DNA of 64,000 nucleotides from Candidatus Omnitrophota bacterium (GTDB lineage Bacteria; Omnitrophota; Gorgyraeia; 2-01-FULL-45-10): NCBI GenBank assembly GCA_026387175.1, contig JAPLME010000008.1, positions 77,091 to 141,090 of the forward strand, read 5' to 3'. Shown piece by piece: positions 58,618 to 64,000 of this stretch (position 1 is its first letter; each line of letters starts with the position of its first letter). The notes under the pieces were generated by a model. It saw only the letters and a program-made list of their open reading frames with translations, ran no database searches and was not told where the DNA came from. The position numbers and the translations under genes were made by a program.

Positions 58618-58665
58618 TTGAACCAGCTTCAAGAAGGTAGATGGGCGTATATGAAGCTGGTTCAA
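58618..58665. other. stable hairpin immediately after glgB, at the boundary with the AT-rich gene
   Basis: A 13-bp stem, ttgaaccagcttc (58618-58630) with gaagctggttcaa (58653-58665), and a 22-nt loop. No T-run follows. Confidence 0.4.
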
Positions 58666-58796
58666 AAGCCCCAAAAATTAGGCAATAAAAAAGTTAAATA
58701 TTGTCTCTTGATTTTTCTGAAAGTCATGATATGCTTGATATGTCACTCTTTATTAACCTAAAAATGGAAATTCAAGTAACAAAAAGGAGGTGTGCC

Positions 58797-60992
58797 ATGA
58801 ACTTCTTAAAAAATTTAAAGATATACAGAGTAATAGCATCCATCCTTACAGTCGTGTTTTTTCTCTCCACTATCAACATAGATTTTGGCTATGGTTTACA
58901 AGCACCGCTTGGGACAACCGTCCCTGCTATGCAGCTAGACTATCAGGTACACTATAACATTGAACTCCTACGTGGAATCATAGATTTGCTCGAACGTAAC
59001 CAATTTGGCGAAGCAACAACCATTCAGGAGATACGAAGTAGAGAAGTATTAATAGTCAAAAAACTGACGGGGTTAGAATTTGAAGTTACTGATGACGAAG
59101 TGATTGTCAAAGCTGCGGGAGGCAATATAATACTTAGATATTATAATCCAATCCAAGCACAGGCTTATCTTAACGACACTGTTAACGCATCACACTTGGG
59201 GCTTGATGCGAGATTGAATAATAACTTGGCACGGCAAGTTTTATATTCCAAAAGTCTTAACCAGCGCCTCTTGAATGAAGCAAAAGCCTTGCCGCCGGCA
59301 ATAGAGCAAGAGAGCATAACACCGCCTGCTATAAACGCAGAAGAAAAGACCCCTGTTAATGAGGTAACTCCGAAGAGTGAGGAGATAGGTAACGCATCGC
59401 TGGAAATGCTTATTAGGTTATGCGGTATAAGTTTTGCGACGGCATTATATGGAATGGGGTATACTATTACAGGCCCTGTTGTGGGGGTGATAATTGTTGG
59501 TGGACTTGCCCTGCATAAAAAAATATCGTTTAATGAAATAGCTGCTTTGTTGGCGTTAGTATATACTTTATTTTTGCCCAGTGGGGTAACCAACGCGTCT
59601 TTAAATAAAATTGCAACACAGAGACATGTTCCTATGGTTTATAGTGTGGACAATGGGGGCACCCACTCTATAAAGACTGTCGACTCAGCGGGTAGGATAG
59701 ATTCGGCTTTACCCCAAGTTCCAGAGGGGTGGAAAGCCACATCAAACCCTTACTATGCATACCGCGTAACGTCATCGACCCAAGGATATTGGACTACACA
59801 TACTATTGAAGTTATGAACCTTAGTACCCAAGAGACGAAGGTTATAGATCATGCCTATTCCCCAGAGGATAGTTTTGAGGGGACACCAGACATATCTCCT
59901 GGAGATGATCCATATATTGTTTATGGGAGGTGGGATCACGTATCCAGTGGTAATAATCATCGCCATACACTCATTGTAAACATTGCCGATACCACCAAAC
60001 AGTTTTGGCTTGATATTTATTTCCGATCCGTGAAATTTATACCAAACACAAATTTTGCTGTTATTACTGATATAAAAGGCACCAAATACAAGGTAGACGT
60101 TACCACAGGCAAGATACTTCCAATTTTGCCACCTGCTGTCATACAGTTGTTGCTTTCAAAAGGAGAGCCGCTGCCTGAATATGATAATTCGAGAAAATAC
60201 GCAAGCTTGCCGGTTGGTAAAAAACTTTCTATTGATGATGTTCTTGCGCTATCCATGGCCACGACGCTTATTCCAAAAGGAACATCAGCAATAAATATTG
60301 GCGGTACAATTAGCGCTTACTTAACTGAAAACATAGCGCTTCTAAAAGACATGGCCAAGGATGATAATCCCATATTGATAAGGTTGCCCTTGGAGGTTTT
60401 AATCAAATCGGATGCTGAGTTGGTTTCAGCTTGGTTGAATAAGCTAAATAGCACACCCAATGTATATATTGAATTATATTCGGTTGAAAGCCCTGACATT
60501 ATTGCCAGTGAAGAATACTATTCGCGCCATGGCTTGTCAGGCGTATACAATAAAAGATTCCCCATTGACAGGACAAAACAAAATACCCTTACATTGTATG
60601 CTGTATCTGCCGATATAAAGAAAAGCGATCTTGCAACGGCGTTGCAGATCAGCACAAGCCTGAAGAGTTCAGTAGTAGTGCCTATAGGAATGCAGGACGA
60701 TGCTACAGGCTTGGTAAGGGGTACGTTATTTGGCTTCAGGCTAATATATATAGCAAGGCATAAAGATGACGTTGACTTTATAAAGAGTACCGTGTCCAAT
60801 TATAGGGATTTGATCGCTTCCTATGGCATAAACCCGCCCGATTTAAAAGCGGACAATATCCTGGAGTTGTTTGGGGCGAACATAGTGAAGATTGTCGCAG
60901 TATTGATGTCGATCATAAGGTCATTACCTATAAGGCCTGTACCTACGGAACAGATACGCGCGGTGAGAGACCATATATTGCAATCGGCATAA
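58797..60992 (+). CDS. AT-rich, foreign-looking gene for a 731-aa membrane-associated protein of unknown function
   Basis: A strong SD (aaaaggagg) sits 7 nt before the ATG at 58797, so the longer ORF call from 58701 is rejected. It has an N-terminal hydrophobic signal/anchor and an internal TM pair (~residues 230-290). Composition and codon usage (tta/aaa/caa-rich) differ from the neighbours. No recognisable motif. Confidence 0.6.
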   Translation: MNFLKNLKIYRVIASILTVVFFLSTINIDFGYGLQAPLGTTVPAMQLDYQVHYNIELLRGIIDLLERNQFGEATTIQEIRSREVLIVKKLTGLEFEVTDDEVIVKAAGGNIILRYYNPIQAQAYLNDTVNASHLGLDARLNNNLARQVLYSKSLNQRLLNEAKALPPAIEQESITPPAINAEEKTPVNEVTPKSEEIGNASLEMLIRLCGISFATALYGMGYTITGPVVGVIIVGGLALHKKISFNEIAALLALVYTLFLPSGVTNASLNKIATQRHVPMVYSVDNGGTHSIKTVDSAGRIDSALPQVPEGWKATSNPYYAYRVTSSTQGYWTTHTIEVMNLSTQETKVIDHAYSPEDSFEGTPDISPGDDPYIVYGRWDHVSSGNNHRHTLIVNIADTTKQFWLDIYFRSVKFIPNTNFAVITDIKGTKYKVDVTTGKILPILPPAVIQLLLSKGEPLPEYDNSRKYASLPVGKKLSIDDVLALSMATTLIPKGTSAINIGGTISAYLTENIALLKDMAKDDNPILIRLPLEVLIKSDAELVSAWLNKLNSTPNVYIELYSVESPDIIASEEYYSRHGLSGVYNKRFPIDRTKQNTLTLYAVSADIKKSDLATALQISTSLKSSVVVPIGMQDDATGLVRGTLFGFRLIYIARHKDDVDFIKSTVSNYRDLIASYGINPPDLKADNILELFGANIVKIVAVLMSIIRSLPIRPVPTEQIRAVRDHILQSA

Positions 60993-61129
60993 AATTTATA
61001 ACTTGCCGTAGGATCATTGACGATAGAGCTAAAAACCTGCTATTTTATTTAACCCGGAATTTGTAATAGGATTTCGGCGAAACGCTTCTAAATCTTTATC
61101 AATACCGCGTTATACTCGCAAAATCCGGG

Positions 61130-61158
61130 TTGAACGGCTCGTTATGCGATGATATAAT
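61130..61158 (+). promoter_or_regulatory. near-consensus sigma70-type promoter directly abutting the DUF1848 start codon
   Basis: TTGAAC (61130-61135), a 17-nt spacer, then TATAAT (61153-61158). The GTG start at 61165 is 7 nt downstream, which implies a leaderless or near-leaderless mRNA. Confidence 0.5.
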
Positions 61159-61164
61159 TATCTG

Positions 61165-62028
61165 GTGGCCAAGCAGATTATAAGCGTCAGCAGGCGGACC
61201 GACATACCGGCATTCTATGCAGATTGGTTCATGGAGAGGGTGCGGGCGGGCTACTGCATGGTCCCGAACCCGTTTAACCGAAATCAGGTCTCCCGCGTAA
61301 GTCTTAAACCTTCCGATGTTACGGCTTTTGTTTTTTGGACGCGCAACCCGAAACCGCTTATGAAATACCTTCCGGAACTTGATCGGATGGGGTTTCATTA
61401 CTATGTTCAATATACGATTATCGGTTATGCCCGCGAAATCGATCATTATTCGCCTCCCGTAGAAGAGAGTGTGCAAACACTGAGAGACCTGAGCTCAATG
61501 ATCGGCAGGGAGAGGGTAATTTGGCGATACGACCCGATTCTCCTATCGGACATTACCCCATACGCATGGCATGAAAAGCGGTTGTCGTATTTAATCGGCA
61601 GCCTCAAAAACTATACAAATCGGCTCGTCATCAGCTTTGTTGACCCATACCGGAAGAATCGCATTCGCCTTGCCCCGGATGCCTTTGAGACGGAGTCGTA
61701 TCGCGGCCTTGCGGAATTTATCGGTAAAGAAGCCTCCGGTTCAAATCTAGAGGTCCGAACATGCGCCGAAGCGACGGACCTTTTACAGTACGGCATTCAC
61801 AAAGGTAAATGCATCGACGATGAATTGATAGGCGCCATTACCGGTGGTGCATTGAAATTAAAGAAAGACCCATCCCAGCGTAAGTTGTGCGGCTGCGTTG
61901 TCTCGAAAGATATAGGGGTCAATAATACGTGTCTATTCGGGTGCGAATATTGCTATGCGACATCGAATATCGGCGCAGCCGAAATAAATTATAAAAAACA
62001 TGACCCTGCGTCGCCATCGCTTATTTAA
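61165..62028 (+). CDS. DUF1848-family protein (function unknown; C-terminal Cys cluster)
   Basis: 287 aa with a GTG start. The N-terminus IISVSRRTDIPAFYADWF and the C-terminal CGCVVS...CLFGCEYCYA match my memory of the DUF1848 family. No database check was run. Confidence 0.55.
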   Translation: MAKQIISVSRRTDIPAFYADWFMERVRAGYCMVPNPFNRNQVSRVSLKPSDVTAFVFWTRNPKPLMKYLPELDRMGFHYYVQYTIIGYAREIDHYSPPVEESVQTLRDLSSMIGRERVIWRYDPILLSDITPYAWHEKRLSYLIGSLKNYTNRLVISFVDPYRKNRIRLAPDAFETESYRGLAEFIGKEASGSNLEVRTCAEATDLLQYGIHKGKCIDDELIGAITGGALKLKKDPSQRKLCGCVVSKDIGVNNTCLFGCEYCYATSNIGAAEINYKKHDPASPSLI

Positions 62029-62043
62029 AAGGAGGGATTATAT

Positions 62044-62415
62044 ATGAAGATAACAAAGATAGGTGTGATATTGATCTTATTGGCAGGAGCGCTGCCGGTT
62101 ATCATCATGCCGCAGCGGCTCCGCGCTGACGACGCGGCTAAGGTTCGGACCGCCGGTTTTAAAAGAGAAGACGACGCAGTGAAGATCGCAATCAGGGCGG
62201 ATAAGGCCAAGATAGACGATGAAAGGAACGCGATACTGGAGGACGGTAGGCAAATACACGAAGCAAAGAAGGCCGGCGATAAAGAAAAGGTGGAGCTGTT
62301 AAATCAGGATATTAAAAAACGCAAGGCCGTTATACGAACGCTTAAAGACGATATCAATCAGAAGGAAGGCGGCGGTATAGATTATGGAAGCGGCGTCAGG
62401 CGAAGAGCTCATTAA
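62044..62415 (+). CDS. small secreted/periplasmic coiled-coil protein
   Basis: 123 aa with a signal-like N-terminus (ITKIGVILILLAGALPVIIM) followed by a charged heptad-rich region. It has an SD (aaaggaggg). Confidence 0.45.
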   Translation: MKITKIGVILILLAGALPVIIMPQRLRADDAAKVRTAGFKREDDAVKIAIRADKAKIDDERNAILEDGRQIHEAKKAGDKEKVELLNQDIKKRKAVIRTLKDDINQKEGGGIDYGSGVRRRAH

Positions 62416-62416
62416 C

Positions 62417-63226
62417 ATTATGAGCGATTTAGTGAAATGCCAAAAATGCGGAAAAGAGACTAACAAATATTCGCCGGTTTGCGAGCATTGTCTTCAGCCT
62501 ATAAAGCGGAATGATACGAAATCACCGCAGGCATCCGAAATCAAGGGACCGTTAAAAGAAGGAGAGCCCGCCGGCATAGAGGGGCAGGGGAGGGCTCTGT
62601 TTGAAAAGCTGGGCAAATATTCTGACAGTTCAATGAAGAGATGCCCTTTCTGCGCGGAATATATACAGGCCGAAGCAATTAAATGCCGATATTGCGGAGA
62701 GTATATTAAAGGCCCTGTTAAGGCTGCGGGAGGACATAAGAAGCTTCTCCCGCCATTATTGGCTGCCATAGGAATATTTATTGCCGTGGTATTAATATAT
62801 TCCGCTACCACTTATATTTCAAAGGGAGGCTTTGTTTCTAATATAAAGATCAATGAATTAAGCGATGAATTAAAGAGCGACCCCGTTAAGGCAGATTATG
62901 TTAAAAAGTTTATCATGCTTACAGATGTCGGATCGCTTGACGAGGCCGATCCGAATTCTATCGCTATAAAGAAGTATATTTATGGGAGCGTTAAAAATAC
63001 CGGAACGAGGCTCATTGTTAAATTAAGGGTCACCGTCTATTATTTGGATAAAAACAGCAAATGCATAGCCGAGGGTTCGATATGGCCCATTTTAGGGAAT
63101 AAGGCTAAGCACGATTCGTTAAAGCCGAACGCCTCCAAAGATTTCAAGCTTGAAGTTACGAATATCAGTCCTGAATGGTCCCGCAGGATTAAAGCGAAGG
63201 TCTCCGACATTGAATTTCTGGAATAG
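62417..63226 (+). CDS. membrane protein with two N-terminal cytoplasmic zinc ribbons, one TM helix and a ~150-aa external domain
   Basis: CQKCGKE...CEHC and CPFCAEY...CRYCGEY, then a TM helix (LLPPLLAAIGIFIAVVLIY). The start is taken at 62417, immediately after the upstream stop. Confidence 0.5.
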   Translation: MMSDLVKCQKCGKETNKYSPVCEHCLQPIKRNDTKSPQASEIKGPLKEGEPAGIEGQGRALFEKLGKYSDSSMKRCPFCAEYIQAEAIKCRYCGEYIKGPVKAAGGHKKLLPPLLAAIGIFIAVVLIYSATTYISKGGFVSNIKINELSDELKSDPVKADYVKKFIMLTDVGSLDEADPNSIAIKKYIYGSVKNTGTRLIVKLRVTVYYLDKNSKCIAEGSIWPILGNKAKHDSLKPNASKDFKLEVTNISPEWSRRIKAKVSDIEFLE

Positions 63227-63257
63227 GGGAACATGTAAATTATGCCTCGCTACGGCA

Positions 63258-64000
63258 TTGATCTTTGCTGGAGGGGCTTATCGTTTATCTTCTGCGTCCG
63301 AAGAAGACGCTGATATGATATATCTGAATACAGGCGGAAGCATAAGCGGTATTATAACCAGGGAAAGCGCGACAGGAGTTGAGGCGGAGATCGGCGCCGG
63401 CACCATTGTGATAAACCGCGCCGACATAAAAAGCATGCATCATGCTTCAGCCGAAGCGCTAGCCGACTTACGCGATAAGTGGGCCGAGGAACGCTCAAGG
63501 CTTAAGTTACAGGAGAAGAGCTCCGAGGAAGACCGCGGCAGGCGGCTAAAGGCATATGAGAATTGGGTGAATGAAGAGGCAAAGAGTAAAACCGGAAAAG
63601 CGAGAGAAGAGGGCGAAGTCAAAGTGGTCCGTGACCCGGATTCGCAGGCTATCCTTGTCAGCGCGATTTTAGACGGCGAAGTGAAGGCGCTGCTTGAGCT
63701 CGATACCGGAGCGTCTCTGGTTATCTTATCGAAACATATTGGCGATAAGCTGGGAGTGGACATGTCTTCCGAGACGAAGAGGAATATCGTGGGATTGCGT
63801 TTGGTCGGAGGGCAGATAGTTAAAGCCAGGACGGTCATATTAAAAAGCATAGCCATTGAAGGAGTGGAGGAGAGAGATGTGCTCGCGGCGGTGATGCTTG
63901 AAGACGCCGGGCCCGCTGATTTGAAAGACGGATTGCTCGGAAGGTCGTTTCTGGGACGGTTTAATATCAGGCTTGATATGCAGAAGATGAGCATGTCGCT
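63258..64000 (+). CDS. retropepsin-like (clan AA) aspartic protease, 3' end outside the window
   Basis: The frame stays open to the window end, so it is absent from the ORF track. It contains LLELDTGASLVILS (the D-T/S-G-A aspartyl protease signature). The start is uncertain: a TTG at 63258 or the ATG at 63315. Confidence 0.5.
   Translation, partial: MIFAGGAYRLSSASEEDADMIYLNTGGSISGIITRESATGVEAEIGAGTIVINRADIKSMHHASAEALADLRDKWAEERSRLKLQEKSSEEDRGRRLKAYENWVNEEAKSKTGKAREEGEVKVVRDPDSQAILVSAILDGEVKALLELDTGASLVILSKHIGDKLGVDMSSETKRNIVGLRLVGGQIVKARTVILKSIAIEGVEERDVLAAVMLEDAGPADLKDGLLGRSFLGRFNIRLDMQKMSMS

Noticed and set aside
58701-58796. Longer start (58701) for the AT-rich gene.
   Set aside because: A consensus SD (aaaaggagg) sits 7 nt before the ATG at 58797 and the signal-peptide-like sequence begins there. 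The upstream 32 codons have no RBS.
1-64000. CRISPR arrays, tRNA or rRNA genes, integrase or transposase genes.
   Set aside because: I found no regularly spaced direct repeats, no tRNA-like T-arm/acceptor patterns in any intergenic region, and no transposase or phage-integrase-like ORFs apart from the chromosomal XerC/D recombinase. An Infernal or tRNAscan run would be needed for certainty.

Overview
The window reads as a 64-kb chromosomal segment from a Gram-negative anaerobe; I cannot name the organism from sequence alone. The Gram-negative call rests on a full Kdo, heptose and lipid-A-core glycosyltransferase block. The anaerobe call rests on rubredoxin-type oxygen and NO detoxification genes, hcp and a 2-oxoacid:ferredoxin oxidoreductase.

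All roughly 60 credible genes lie on the + strand. In order they are:
- ilvB (partial), ilvN, ilvC and leuA.
- aroE, pilD, aroC and aroK.
- dprA, topA and xerC/D.
- An LPS block: waaA, lpxK, an LpxL-ELM1-like fusion, GT4 and GT9 transferases, a heptose kinase and kdsBADC.
- cbiMN, then gcvT-H-PA-PB, a lipoate ligase and lipA, then cbiQO.
- A giant 1,872-aa glucan-active protein.
- An Rrf2-headed redox/detox island: hcp, a Tpx-PCD fusion, fdx, korAB, a flavin-reductase-rubredoxin, fprA, a ferritin-like protein, sor, grx, trxB and ogg.
- glgB.
- One AT-rich foreign-looking gene for a 731-aa membrane protein.
- A DUF1848 gene and a small zinc-ribbon/aspartic-protease cluster.

No tRNA, rRNA or CRISPR was seen. 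The most unusual items are the giant signal-anchored fusion protein carrying GT35-like and GH13 modules behind a perfect 27-bp palindrome, and a small repeat family with terminal inverted repeats at 24.1 kb and 53.5 kb. One copy of that repeat carries a nested 87-bp insertion with a 6-bp duplication. A 285-bp palindromic element after xerC/D, a single-gene AT-rich insertion, and several atypical fusions (Tpx-PCD, LpxL-ELM1-like, GT4-GT9) also stand out. All calls come from reading translations and motifs by eye; no database search was run.
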